The notes: generated by a model from the letters alone, not told the origin. 64,000 nucleotides of DNA from Leucoraja erinacea (GCF_028641065.1 NC_073404.1:14136001-14200000), one strand, 5' to 3'; counted from the stretch's first letter, positions 25,488 to 38,079 are shown. Numbers and translations: made by a program.

Positions 25488-26364
25488 CACACTGTAGGTA
25501 TGTTACAAAACCTACCTGAATCGTCATTGGGAATCTGCCCACAGCCAGGTCCGCGATTTTGGCGCTGTTTGGAGGGGGCGGGTTTAAAACGCGATTTTTA
25601 CTAGGCTGTACTAATCGCAGATGTTCAGCCTAGTAAATCATTAACGAAAAATTGCTGCAAGACCCGGTCGCAAAAGGTATTATTAGTTTTATAGGCCTCG
25701 ATAATATAGATATAATAGTTTTAAAATTACTGTCTCATTCCGCAACCTCTCGCAGCCCCAGGGTTTTATAAAACAAACAATTAAAGGTATGTACCTTATT
25801 TTTACATTAAATGGGGCATATATATAACCCTATATATCAAGTTATCTATAGCGAGTAGTTCATTTTGGGCTTTTTATATCCCGCAGTATTTTTCTCGGCA
25901 TTTGAGGGCACTAATCCAGCGCGATGTCAACGTTCTAAACCAGCATGTTCACATGAACCCACTAGAAAGCCGATTTAAATGGGCATTTATTTACAGCAAT
26001 TGAACACTAAATTCCTTCTATTTGGCCTATAAATTAATGTAAATTAGATATAAAAATCATGTTATATTGTGAATTATTTGTGAATAATCTTTGGACACTT
26101 AGGCTATTTAAAAATGTTAATCTTTCCTTAAGAAATGGGCTTTTGACTATCCAAGATCACAGCTTTTTTGTAATGTCCATTGAAAATCAATAGGGAACAA
26201 GATGCTAATTTCCGAGTATATAAATGGCCATAACTTTTTTAATACTTGAGATATGAAAGTGAATTTGGTGTCAAATTAAACTTATTGTTATGCTTTATCT
26301 GATGGGATAAATTGCAGACTTGATTTTTAAAATCTCAAAATTTTGTAACATTGATACACACTGA
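25488..26364. mobile_element. Non-autonomous DNA transposon with imperfect TIRs and a possible 5-bp TSD (Transib-like?)
   Basis: Left end CACACTGTAGGTATGTTACAAAA; right end (reverse complement) TCAGTGTGTATCAATGTTACAAAA; TGGCT at 25483-25487 and 26365-26369. Confidence 0.5.
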
Positions 26365-26399
26365 TGGCTGTGACATGTCAACCTTGTCTATCAACAGCT

Positions 26400-26840
26400 C
26401 TCTCCTCCTCCTTGTTGATCTTTTTCACCATGCACACCATCACAAGAACCCCCGTGCTGACCACCATCGCTTGGACCTCCAGTCTCATCATGAGCACCAT
26501 CCCTCAGACCCCACCCCAATCTTGAGCACCCGTCACATGGCCCTCCACCTTGACCACCATCATGTGGACCCAGATCCTGACCCCCACCCTCACCCTGTAC
26601 ACACATTACACAAACCCCACCATCACAAGTTAATCCACCCTGACCTTGACCACCATCACGCGGATCCAGATCCTCACCATCCCACAGACCCCCACATTCA
26701 CCCTGAACACCCATTGCATGGTCCCTGTCCCCACTCTCACCTTGAATACCATCACAAGGAACCCCACCAATAACGCAATCTCCATCGCAGGGTCCCTTTC
26801 CTCACACTGCCCCACGATCCCTGCTCTCACCCTGAGCACA
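26400..26840. repeat. Degenerate ~30-bp C/A-rich minisatellite
   Basis: Recurring CTCACCCTGANCACCATCACANGGACCCC-like units; these produce the His/Pro-rich ORF. Confidence 0.7.
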
Positions 26841-27040
26841 CAACCAACAATCTCCAGCCCTACCTGCATTTTGGCACTGGGCCACATACCGATGGAGACA
26901 AGATCAAGAAGCAGCTGTTGGTTTTATGTCTGGAATGCATAAGAGACAAGTTCAAGTGTAGGAGCAGGTGCAGGACGCTGGATGAGAATGGAGTGGGACG
27001 AGCTGGGTGCTCCTACATGGGGCCCCTGCACACCGAGAGA

Positions 27041-27308
27041 CACGGTGCAGCGGTGGAGTGACTGCCTTACGCCGTCAAGAGACCCGGGTTAAATCCTGAC
27101 TACGGGTGCTGTCTGAGTGGAGTTTGCACGTTCTCCCTTTGGCTGCATGGGTTTTCCAGGTTTCCTCCCACATTCCAACAACATGCTGGTTTGTAAGTTA
27201 ATTGGCTTCGGTAAATTGTCCCTAGTGTGTAGGATAGAACTAGTGTACGGGTGATCGTTGGTCTGTGCAGATGGGCCGAAGGGCCTGTTTCCATGAGGTC
27301 TAAACTAA
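27041..27308 (+). mobile_element. tRNA-derived V-SINE (HE1-like)
   Basis: A/B-box-like head (GGTGCAGCGGT...GGTTAAATCC), V-domain GGAGTTTGCACGTTCTCCC, and a CTAAAC-repeat tail. Confidence 0.8.
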
Positions 27309-28537
27309 ACGGCCACCTTCTGTGCTGTAACAAAAAAAATTGATAAGCTTGAATGACTTGTTCATAGGATCTGGAACAGTACAGCACAGGAACAGGCCCC
27401 TACGCCCCACAATGTTTGTGCTGAAGACAAACTCTTATCTGCTTGCACATAATCCATATCTCTCCATTCCCTGTATTTTCATGCAAAGATCCAAAAGCCA
27501 CTTAAATGCCACAATCGTACCTGCCTCGGCCTGCAGCCCTAGCACTGTGTTCCAGGCACCTACCATACTCTGTATATAAAAAACTTGCCACGCACATCTC
27601 CTTTAAACTTTGCCCCTCTCACCTTAAGCTATGTCCTCTGGTCATTGACATTTTCACCATGGGAGAAAAAGGTTTTGACTGTCTACTCAGTCCATGTCTC
27701 TCATAACATTATATACTTCTATCAGGTCTCCCCTCAATCTCAGGCATCCAGATAAAACAGTCCAAGACTATTCAATCTCTCAGGTTCAAGTTGGATAAAA
27801 CGATTCAGCAAGAACATTCATTGATTTTCAGAGGATTAAAAGGACCGATTCACACTTCAATAACTGACTCTCACTTTCATTGCATGCTTCTGGTGGTTGG
27901 CTGTTTGGTATGAATTGCAGCATGCTCTTGTTCAGTCTAACTTAAAAGAAAAACATTAAATTATTTTTGTGGCTGTGGAAGTCTTTTTTTTTAAACTCAT
28001 TAAAGCAATATGTTTGACTATGAGCTGGCTGTATGTGTGATAACATGCATGTCTTTGTATGATTGAGAGTTGTGTGTGTATATAGAAAATTCATTGAAAC
28101 AGTTTGATGTGTGGAATCCCAATTGGTAATCCCAGCCTTTTGGATAATTCCCCCTATTTATAATACATTGCAATCAAAGATCAAATGTAGCTAGAGGGTA
28201 CAGATAAGATTCACAAGGATGTTACAAGGACTGGAGGATTTGAGTTATAAGGATGGACTGTACCGGTTGGGATTACTCTCCAAAGAATGTAATAGATGCT
28301 GAGGGATCACAGCATCATTTGTTAGGTCTCTAGAACAGGAAATTCAGTTTACAGCCAAGAATGAATACTAATTTGTTACAACAGTTTCTGAAACAATGAC
28401 GATTCTTCAGGTAGTCAAACAAAATTCAATTTATTTAATATGTCAAAATGGTTATCAAATATGAAAGAAAGATATACATTTATTAAATATGAAGGAGATA
28501 CTTGAAGGATATACTTGAGATACTTGAGATACATGTG

Positions 28538-28609
28538 GGAAGCCGAGTCTGCGGTGTTTCCCATTCTAAAAACGGAAGCCGAGTCTGCGGTGTTTCCCAT
28601 TCTAAAAAC
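28538..28609 (-). pseudogene. SUMF2: SUMF2 last-exon remnant, duplicated as a 36-bp tandem repeat
   Basis: Acceptor plus RMGNTADSAS occurs twice; the expected DNLGFRC motif is absent. Confidence 0.8.
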
Positions 28610-29337
28610 AAAGATGTCAGTTAGTTTGCTGCTGCCATTATATGTTCTACAGAACTTAAGTCCACAAAAGTAATCTTCTTCTGAGCTGCAACTTATTGAA
28701 ATGATTTGTGCAGGTTAGTTACCCATCTAACCAGAGCCGTGGTACTAGGAGTACATGCTACTACTAATTTTAATGTAGGAGTCCCTCTCGAGGCTGTGCA
28801 GAGACTGATAATATTGTCTGTGACTCAGTGCACCCTTGCCTTGGAGTCAGAGCGAATGCATATCCACACCGGATATACAAAATCTAATGCAGGTTGACGT
28901 TCCAGGTGAAATTCTGTGACAAGTGACCCTTCACCCGATTATCCTTTGCCACTCTATCATCTGCAGAACAAGTTAGAAATGTGTGATGGAACACCGTCCA
29001 CTTACCTGGAGGGACAAGAACAGTTTAGCTAACGTTCAGGCAGCTCAACTCTGCAGTACAGGGTGGGATGTTCGATTAGCACTTCATTTTTCATCATACA
29101 TTTATTCTGTCCATCCTCAGCACCCTGTGGCTGCTGTATGCACTGGATATAACATTTACTGAGACCTCCTCGATAATCATGTCCAAGCCCACAACTTCTG
29201 CAGCCTGGAAAAATAGGGACACCTGGCACCTGAGAACACCTCCCGCCCCTAGTCCTGACCTATTCTGATCTATCGCCTCGCCCTTCCTTACACCAGCAAT
29301 TAGCAACAAGCTGGAACAGCCTACCAGATGCTGTAAT

Positions 29338-29382
<45 letters not shown>

Positions 29383-29795
29383 CTTCACATCATTCAAAAC
29401 ACAGTTTAGCCCCATCTTCTCAAAGGGAATTAATCCAAAAAAATCCATTAAACAAGGCCAAGAGTATGTAATACATGTGGAGCCAAATACAAAAGGCAGC
29501 TCCTGCATTTGACAAAATTTGGCCTTGTCGAGCTACCTCACGTTACCCAACAGTTACATTGAAAAAAGTTTAGATAATCTGAAAGAAAATCAAATGAATT
29601 TGGGGGTATACAAGTACAATGGCAATACTTCAAATCATCTGACATTGTTAACACAGTTAAGTGCCAAAGGTTACCTGACGCTCATGGAATTCCAGACACA
29701 TTTAGCACCTTTGAGAAACTGGCAGGGAAAAGGAGTGTAAACGATCAAGAAATATACCTGTGTCAGGGCAGCATTGTGATTGCATTGTGTTTTAC

Positions 29796-29961
29796 CTGCT
29801 TGTGACCCGTGCTTTATGATTCACAAGTCCATCCACACTGTCAATCCATGAGGATCCACGCAGAACATAAATCTTCTGAGATTCAACCTTTACCGGTGGG
29901 CCTGCTGGAACGTACTCCAATTCAGTCCATTCCCATGTATTTCCCAGCATGTCATAGATGC
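29796..29961 (-). CDS. SUMF2: SUMF2 exon 8
   Basis: GIYDMLGNTWEWT...VLRGSSWIDSVDGLVNHKARVTSR; FGE-sulfatase domain motifs; GT-AG. Confidence 0.9.
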
Positions 29962-30164
29962 CTAAGCAAAGTGTACAAACACTAGTGTCATAGAAAGTCT
30001 TAGAATCACACAGCACCAAACAGGCCACATTACTCCATATTGAACATAATTTTCAAACTCAATAATTTGTATTTCAATCACACAGCCAAGAAAACATGAA
30101 TTTCATACGGGTAAAATAATGACAACTTTGTGAAAATATAGGCACAGAATGAATCACACCTTAC

Positions 30165-30249
30165 CATAGTGATTCTGTGGTGGAAATGCATTCACAGGGG
30201 ATACACCATGATAACCATCTTCTGCTGTGTCCTGTTCTGGAAATTTCCC
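30165..30249 (-). CDS. SUMF2: SUMF2 exon 7
   Basis: GKFPEQDTAEDGYHGVSPVNAFPPQNHY; GT-AG. Confidence 0.9.
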
Positions 30250-30994
30250 CTGTAATAAACATATCAGAAAGAAGATTGGAAGACTCAAATGCAAATAATA
30301 TCCACGATACACAATGGAAAGTTATTTTTTACCCAATGAACATTAAAATGCAGTCAAAGCAAAGATAAGGCAAGGGAAGAGATTGTTAGGGCTTTGGCTG
30401 AGGCGTTGTTCCAGATGACTGGAGAGACGTAGTGCAATTATAGAGCTGTGAGCCAGCATTGGAAGTAAGGAGGTTGGTGGAAAGGAGTCTGAGGGAAGGA
30501 TTTGTCAACACTTGGAAGGGAAAAACAGATACAATTAAATAGGAATGCTTCGAGAAGTTGGCAATTTTCAAGTAGAAACAGCACCTGATGCAGAGGGGAA
30601 GGACACAAAGATGGAAGTGGAAGTGGTGGACAAAAAGGCCAATGTCAAATGTCTACAGAGACCAACAGGACTGGAAGCATTCAAGGAGATGATAACCTGA
30701 TACTTGCAGGCAACAATGTCAGCAGGAAACTGGTTGCCACAAAAATTTGTTAAAGGCTAACAGTATTTGGGGAATTCCAACAACAATAATGAATTCCTCA
30801 CCTGGACCTTTAGATTTCTGGGGCAGTGAATCGCAGAATCACACATGCTCAAAAAGAAGAAACTCCCCGACACGTCTAAAATGATGATGTTTTCACCCTG
30901 AAAACTATGTTCACTTGTTTACAGACTCCATAAGCAAAGGAATCGCTCTCTCTACCAAATCTCTCAGAAACTGTTGTGTGGCAGAACTTGGTTC

Positions 30995-31950
30995 TGGAAG
31001 TGGCGGCACTGGTGAACGGCTGCGGCTAGCCTGCAGTCCGTTTGTTTTTACTTTTTTTGTGGTGTTTTTTTCGTTTTATCTGGTTAAGTTTTTGGTTTTA
31101 GGTTGTGTTTATGTGTGTGGGGGGTTGAAACCGGACTTGCTGTCTCTCCCTTCAGGGGAATGTGACTTTTTTGTCGTATCCCCCTTCTCTGCTTCCATCT
31201 GCGCTGAGGCCTAATGGCGGAGCTGGCGACCTCGAGGCTCCGGAGGCAGCCTGTCAGGACCTGCCCTGGGCTCGCTCCCGTGAGGACAGCCCGGCTCGGG
31301 GCTGGAACGGCACTCCCGTGAGGGGCTGTGACGCTCACGTGAGGGTGGCCTGGCGCAGGGCTGAGACGCTCCCGTGTGGGGGCGGCCCAGCTCGAGGGTA
31401 ACGGCGCTCCCGTGGGGGCGGCCCAGCTCGAGGGTGGAACGGTGCTCCCGTCGGGGCGGCCTGGCGCGGGGCTGAGACGCTCACGAGAGGGTGACCTGGC
31501 TCGGGGCTGGAACGGTGCTCCGGTGGCTGAGACGGCGTTCTGGCGGCGGCGGCCTGAGTCCGGGGTTCAGCCGCGGGCCAGTGGACGACGTCGTCAACAG
31601 CTCGTCCGCTGGACTGGAGGGCGGCAGCTTCGACCACCCCGGGCCGCTGTGTTTGAACCGGCCCGTTCGCGGAGCTCGGTGAGCCGCGGGACTGATTTAC
31701 CATCGCCCGCTGGGGTATCGTCTCAGCGCAGAGGGAGAAGAGGAGGGAAGAGACTGCAGCCCTAAGATTTTTGCCTCCATCACAGTGAGGAGGTGCTTGG
31801 TGCTCACTGTGGTGGATGTTAATTTGTGTTTACTGTCTGTTCTGTTGTCTATTATTGTATTATTGTATGTATGACTGCAGCACAAAATTTCGTTCAGACT
31901 GAAAGATCTGAATGACAATAAAGGAAATTCAAATCAATTCAATTCAATTC
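30995..31950 (+). mobile_element. GC-rich non-autonomous retroelement with a LINE-like tail and (CAATT)n end
   Basis: GC-rich body with internal ~35-bp repeats (GGCTCGGGGCTGGAACGG.GCTCCCGTG), ending ...GACAATAAAGG followed by CAATT repeats. Confidence 0.6.
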
Positions 31951-31958
31951 ATTCTTAT

Positions 31959-32105
31959 GGTAGACAAAATGTCTGAAGAAGGGTTTCGGCCCGAAACGTT
32001 GCTTATTTACTTCGCTCCATAAATGCTGCCGCACCACCCGCTGAGTTTCTCCAGCAATTTTGTCTACCTTCGATTTTCCAGCATCTGCAGTTCCTGCTTG
32101 AACAT
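31959..32105 (+). mobile_element. Penelope-derived short repeat containing a minimal hammerhead-ribozyme-like motif
   Basis: CTGAAGA-AGGGT TTCG GCCC-GAAACGTT at 31973-32000; related copies at about 21518, 23340 (minus), 34345 (minus) and 36660 (minus). Confidence 0.55.
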
Positions 32106-32740
32106 ACCTCATTCTTATGACAAGCCCATTTGTTCAATTGTTCCTCACAGGCTCTTCAGCCCAGGATCAATCGTGTAAACCTATTCTGAACTGATTTCAT
32201 TGCAAACACATCCTCCCTTTGATACATCAGCAAACTATTGGCTGTTCTCTGGCTGTGATCTCACCAGCACGCGGAAGAACCAGAGGCAAGATTTCCTTAC
32301 TCGTGCAAGTCATCCCCCGCATAATAAAGGCAACATTTCTTCTGACTTGCTGATTGCGCACTGCATCTCTGCACTTCATTTATGCATTTCTTGTAAGAGG
32401 ACATTCAGTTCTCACTGCCCAGTGATATTTTTAATAATCTCACAACATTTATCTTTTTCTTTCTGTAAAAATGGATAAGCTCAGATTTCAATTTACCCAA
32501 ACAGCATCAGCATGCCTCTTGCAACGTGGAATGCTAACACTCTTGACCATTACACCACCACCATCAAATACACCCATCACTCCATCCACCAGCCAGCCTG
32601 ATAATCTGTTGCTGCTGTTGAATCTGAGGGTTTACAAACAGATTGAACCACACTGCACCACCAAATATTTACACAGCAGTGGAGTGAGGAGACGCATCGG
32701 TGTTCAACCTGTACTGTTAAAATTACTCAAAACACGTTAC

Positions 32741-32796
32741 CTGCCAAAGGTTTGTGCGATTGGGCTGAAACTTATTTCCCCATGGATACACTCTAC
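32741..32796 (-). CDS. SUMF2: SUMF2 exon 6
   Basis: GRVYPWGNKFQPNRTNLWQ; GT-AG. Confidence 0.9.
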
Positions 32797-33539
32797 CTGA
32801 AAGCAGAGATGAGAATTTAGTGTTTAAATGGTAGACTAAGTTGCATGGCTTAGATATTCACATTCTCCTAAAAAAGTGTTAAACATACTTGCAGGCATCA
32901 GCAGAGCTGCTATCAAATGCTGGAGGGAACCTCATGCAGCTGCTGACACTGAACAAGGCAACTGCAATCTCATACTCCAGCCCAAGGAACAAACACCAGA
33001 GATGCAATTTGCAAAATAGGTTACTGTTGATTATATGGCATTTGGACGAGGGGGCAGTTTGTGTTGGGGGGGGGTGGAGGGGGTCAGGCAGGGTTAAGGC
33101 AGAGAGAGGGGAGAGTGGGCTGCATGAATCATAGAAGGCAAGCCACATTTCCTGAATTAACAGGACACTTCATACGTCCTGGAACACAATGCCTCATCTA
33201 AAAAATAGACGTGGCAGAATGAGAGAAACCAAGAGAAAATGAAGCATCCATACAAGAGACTAAATGGAAGGAGGTGCATTCAAGGCAAGGCTCTCCATCT
33301 GCAGTCAATGAAGCTCTCAATCTCATTTCATCCATTACCTAAACCTCTCCCCTCACCCCTTTTTAAAGTCTTTTCACTTGCTGCGTCCCTTTTCCTTCAA
33401 ATAATTTCTCCCAGTCAAAGTTAGTTAGACGGGTTGGGACCTCATCAGGGCGCTGGATATCTGCAGCAGCCGTATGCTTTTTGGTGGTGAATATCATGAT
33501 TTGGGAGGATCTGCCAAAGTAATCTGGAGGGAGTAACTG

Positions 33540-33800
33540 CAGTGCATTCGGCCCTTCGAGCCAACACCGCCATTCATTGTGATCATGGCTGATCATCTAC
33601 AATCAGTACCCCGTTCCTGCCTTCTCCCCATATCCTCTGACTCCGCTATCTTTAAGAGCCCTATCTAGCTCTCTCTTGAAAGTATCCAGAGAACCAGCCT
33701 CCACCGCCCTCTGAGGCAGAGAATTCCACACTCACCACTCTCTGTGAGAAAAAGTGTTTCCTCATCTCCGTTCTAAACGGCTTGCTCCTTATTCTTAAAA
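33540..33800 (-). mobile_element. CR1 LINE 3' fragment
   Basis: LRIRSKPFRTEMRKHFFSQRVV plus a CR1 3' UTR. Confidence 0.8.
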
Positions 33801-35151
33801 TTTTGACAATTGAAATATTTGGGGAAATAATTAAGAAACATTTAAAGAAATTTGAGTCAATCAAAGATAACCAGCATGGATTTATTAAAAGCAAGTTTTG
33901 TTTGACTAACCTGACTTAATTTTTGTTGAAGACGCAGAGAAGGTTAATTAAGCGAATTCAGTAGATGCTCTCTACATGGATTTTCTGAAATCAACAAAGA
34001 CCTGCATGAAACCCATTTGGCAAAATTGATGCCCAAACAATTAAATAGCTTGTATTGACAACAGGAATTTCAAAAATGGTTTAAAGACAGTAGTCAGAGA
34101 TGGCTGCTTTCTAGATTGAAGATGGTGCTCCTCGGTGGCCAGTACTGGAACAGCTTATTTTGGAAACACATTCAAAGTTGCTACAGTGTATCCTCTAGAT
34201 GGTACAACTTTTGCTATTGATTTAGTAGGAGCCAGCGGAGCAACCTTTCCACACCGGAGGGTGGTGAGTATATGGAATTAGCTACCAGTGAAAATGGTTG
34301 AGGCAGATATAATGACATATTTAAAAGCCAGTTGTTTAAGAAAGAACTGCAGATGCTGGAAACATCGAAGGTAGACAAAAATGCTGGAGAAACTCAGCGG
34401 GTGAGGCAGCGTCTATAGAGCAAAGGAATATTATGCCTTTAAAAGACAGTTGGTCAGATAAATGGATTGGAAGGATTGAGAGTGATATGGGCAAATGGGA
34501 TTTGGTCAATAGTGTTAGACACTGCCTGGTCCTTCAGATGTTCTGACCTCCCCAAAATTGAAAGAATCTATACGAGGCAAGCCTCAAAAAGGCAACCAAT
34601 ATCATTATAGACCCACATCCGCCTAGTCACACTCTCATTTCAATCCTGCCATTAGGAGGAAGGTATAGTCTGAAACAGTGAACATGTTCAGCAATAGCTT
34701 CTTCGCAACAAACATTACGTTTTTGAGCACTAAACACTAACCTCAAAGATTTAAGCAGAGTGTCTTTAGTTGCACAAAGAAATGTTCATTTTCTTTGCAC
34801 TAGTTTCGGTTATTAATTTATATTTCCTAATTTATTATATATTATCTGTGTGTATTGCAGAGACTCGTTATATTGTTGCAAGAAATAATGTTATTGTTCC
34901 ATTGTTATTACATATGACAATTAAACACTATGAACTCTTGGCTAAAATGGAGCATCCGGGTCGACAGGGATGGGTAGGGCCGAAGAGCCTGGTTTCATGC
35001 TCTATGATTATTATTTCTTCTCAAGTAACAGGTATCAACATTTGTTAGCTCTGTTATATTGCTTCAATAAATATACAGCTCTCAAAAGAATGCAATAGAT
35101 TTTAAACAGGAAAAATCTTGTCTTGCATTGTTCAGGATTATCAAACCTCAC

Positions 35152-35196
35152 CTGTCTCTAAAAAGCTCTTTCAATCGGCAACCACGAAGGAGCAGA
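35152..35196 (-). pseudogene. SUMF2: SUMF2 exon 4 with an in-frame stop
   Basis: SAPSWLPIERAF*RQ compared with the conserved WWLPVE.AFWRQ; TGG>TAG at 35158-35160; splice sites intact. Confidence 0.8.
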
Positions 35197-37168
35197 CTGA
35201 AACAACAAAATGTCATTCAATTATTAATACAATACCTAAAATTACTTTGGATGCAGAAGTAATGCACGTGACATAAATTTAATAAAGATATAATTTTGAA
35301 CAAAGACGACCGAGTATTTTAGCACAGGGCTGACCCAAATTGGTTGCAGCCAGCAATTCTGAAATGAAGCACCAATGTTCAGCCGCTGCTCAAGTGTCCT
35401 GGAGTTATGTGGACCTACTATAAATCAGAACAAGCAGAGTGACACATGCTGGCGCACCTGCCCTTCTGTTCTAAGTGGAATCACTGGGAATCACTCTCTC
35501 CAATTCCAACACCAACCAGTCCTGGTGAATGAATACTTAACCCCCTTCAGGGAATCCCACAACATCTAAATCAAATGGCAAGAAGTTAATTTGCTTTATT
35601 TATTTAAATCTTTTAATTACATTGGTTCTCTAATGGAGTTTCATTGTTTTTTTAATTGTTTGATTTTTAAAGATTATTTAAAGCAATTGTAATATTAATT
35701 AAGTTTCTATTGGTTGAAGTCTCTGTCAAAGATAGTTAGACGGGTTGGGACCTCATCAGGGCGCTGGATAGCTCTGCTATGTTCTGGGCAGGGCACCATT
35801 GGAGATTAACTCAGCGGTGCCCTGCGCAGCGGTGGAACCAAGGTAGTAGTCCCAAGTGCCCTGGACTAGGAACGGGAGAGCAGCCTGGTATACATGACTG
35901 AAAGTAGGTGTTTGATACTGTGGAATGTATAAGCTATACTCAGTTGTAAACTAAGACACATGCTGTCTTAACTGCAAGGCCTTCTCAGAGTCCGCACTCT
36001 ACACAGCTCAAACCCTTCAATAAAAGGAATCAAAGCAACACAGAAAGTTACACCCTCTTTCTCCAGTTTGTCAAACAGTGTTTTACGATATCTGCATATG
36101 TGTGTGAGTCTCATTACACTTTTGTTATACAGATATCTCAGAAAGCCATGCTGACAAATATATCTTAGAAAACCTGTTTGACAAAGCCACATACTGGTTG
36201 GAGATTTGCTTTTGAATACTTTGAGTAAAATGAACTGAAAAGAGAGTGGTGGGGGGAGAGGTGGTTAGAGGGAGGGGGTGGTTAGAGCGGGGCGTGGTTA
36301 GTGTGTGTGTGACGCGGCAGGCTGCTCCCCTGAATTCCATAGAGCTGCCGACAGCTTTCATGCATGAGGCGCGCACACTTCATTTCCTGAACATTCTGAA
36401 CGCATGACGCACTGTTGCATGTTGCATTTTGCCCTCTGTCTCTCCCCCTCTCTCTCATTTTATAATTCATTTTATTAGCTCACATCCTTACCGAATTGCA
36501 ACAAATTTCACTGCACATCTCGTATGTGTATGTGACGAATAAACTTGACTTGACGTAACATTAAAACGCTTAATCTGATTTTAACTGCTATTTAACTGCC
36601 ACGTTAAATCAACTGGCTCACTTTATCAGACCTTTCCTGTTAAGAGTCAGATTAATGTGTAGGAAGGAACTGCAGATGCTAATTTAAACTGAAGATAGAC
36701 TGCCGTAACTCAGTAGGACAGGTAGCATCTCTGAAGAGAAGGAATGGGTGATGTTTTGGGTCGAGACCCTAATGCAGCATTATAACAGGCACTTTGGCCC
36801 ATCTCCATGCAAACCTTTTCCCATCTATCGCTCACATTAGCATTGTGTCCTTCTATGCTCTGCCTATTTAAATTTAAATGCCTCCTAAACGTAGTAACTA
36901 CAATTCCACCATCTCCTCTGGTAGGATATCAATGCAGCTCTTCAGATAGCAATAACTCCTTGCATACTTAACCTTCAGATCTTACCTGAAACCTAGGGAA
37001 TCTTGTTTTGATACCCCTGCCAATAGAAAAAAAGAGGCAGGGTCTGGGGTAATATCCCTTCTCTTCAGACAAGGGAAGGGATATCCCTCCATGGGGCTAC
37101 AAGAGGCGGATGGGTACTTAGTTTAAGAAAAATTGTGAGCACTGCCGAATATAACACTAATTAATATA

Positions 37169-37654
37169 TAGGGTGATTTCACCAAATGGCAAATGAGCGT
37201 AGTTCCCCCCTCACGTGACCAAAACTTTTAACTGGAGGACAATTATCGCGTTTGCTCGCTGAATTTCATCAAAAGTAAGGCATTATTAACTTACTTTTCA
37301 TGAAATTCAGCGAGCAAACGCGAAAATTCCCGATATTTTGGATCTTAAAATCTCCACGGCAAATGTCAGCTGTTCACTTCCGCTGCTTTCTACCTTCAGT
37401 TCCCTCTTGTAATTACCTTATTTTCTATCTTTTTTTTTGCCTGCAAATTTAGGTCGCTGTGCTTCACGGTCACCCCGACTAGCACAGAAAATTTCAGCTC
37501 AAAAATCGGCCATTTTCCATGTTTTTAACGGGTGGGAAAGTGCGTATTTCCCCATTCACTAACATGTACCGATCTGACATATGTCCTCCAGTTACAATTT
37601 TCGGTCACGTGAGGGGGGATCTACGCTCATTTGACCTTTGGTGAAATCACCCTA
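37169..37654. mobile_element. MITE with ~70-bp TIRs starting TAGGGTGATTTCACC and an internal hairpin
   Basis: TIRs at 37169-37240 and 37583-37654; internal inverted repeat at 37246-37323. Confidence 0.85.
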
Positions 37655-38079
37655 TAGACGCTAAGAATGTCCGAAGAGCCGTCCCTGTTTTGTGTATATT
37701 TTTTTACTCTGAATGAAGTTTATTTTTGAAAATTAAAAAAAAATGCTTCTCGGTTCAACCCAGACAAATTATTGGTAAATTTCTTCTGCACTCTCTCCTG
37801 CACATATGTTCTCTCCATGCCAACTCCACTTTCTCTCCAATCTAAAACGAACTTCCTTTCCATCCTTCATAGTTCTGATGAAGTCTCTAACTTGAAACTT
37901 CAATTGTTTTTCTCTTTTCCTACGAATTCTGTCGCGTGACCCGTTTCCAGCATTTTCCATCTACCCTGTCATGGCACATAATCACCTCTCATTCTTCTAA
38001 ACGTAGCTAAAATGTCGTGAATCTCTACTTTGAGGCAATGCTTTCAACTCTGTGAGCATTCGCTGCACTCCCGCTATTG

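Noticed and set aside
26351-26773. His/Pro-rich 140-aa ORF
   Set aside because: A by-product of a degenerate C/A-rich minisatellite.
28538-28609. 36-bp direct repeats resembling CRISPR repeats
   Set aside because: Only two adjacent copies with no spacer; the sequence is a SUMF2 exon in eukaryotic DNA.
29338-29378. Poly-G run (also 13776-13805), considered as a functional G-quadruplex
   Set aside because: A simple homopolymer whose length varies between copies; no supporting context.
35968-36470. Short minus-strand ORFs considered as the missing ZDHHC exon 1 or SUMF2 exons 2-3
   Set aside because: No matching motifs or suitable splice phase; probably a decayed transposon.
36981-37030. TTCAG|GTAAG on the minus strand, considered as the end of SUMF2 exon 2
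   Set aside because: The upstream translation lacks the expected F.MG...DGE.P...PVTN motifs and looks like a LINE tail.
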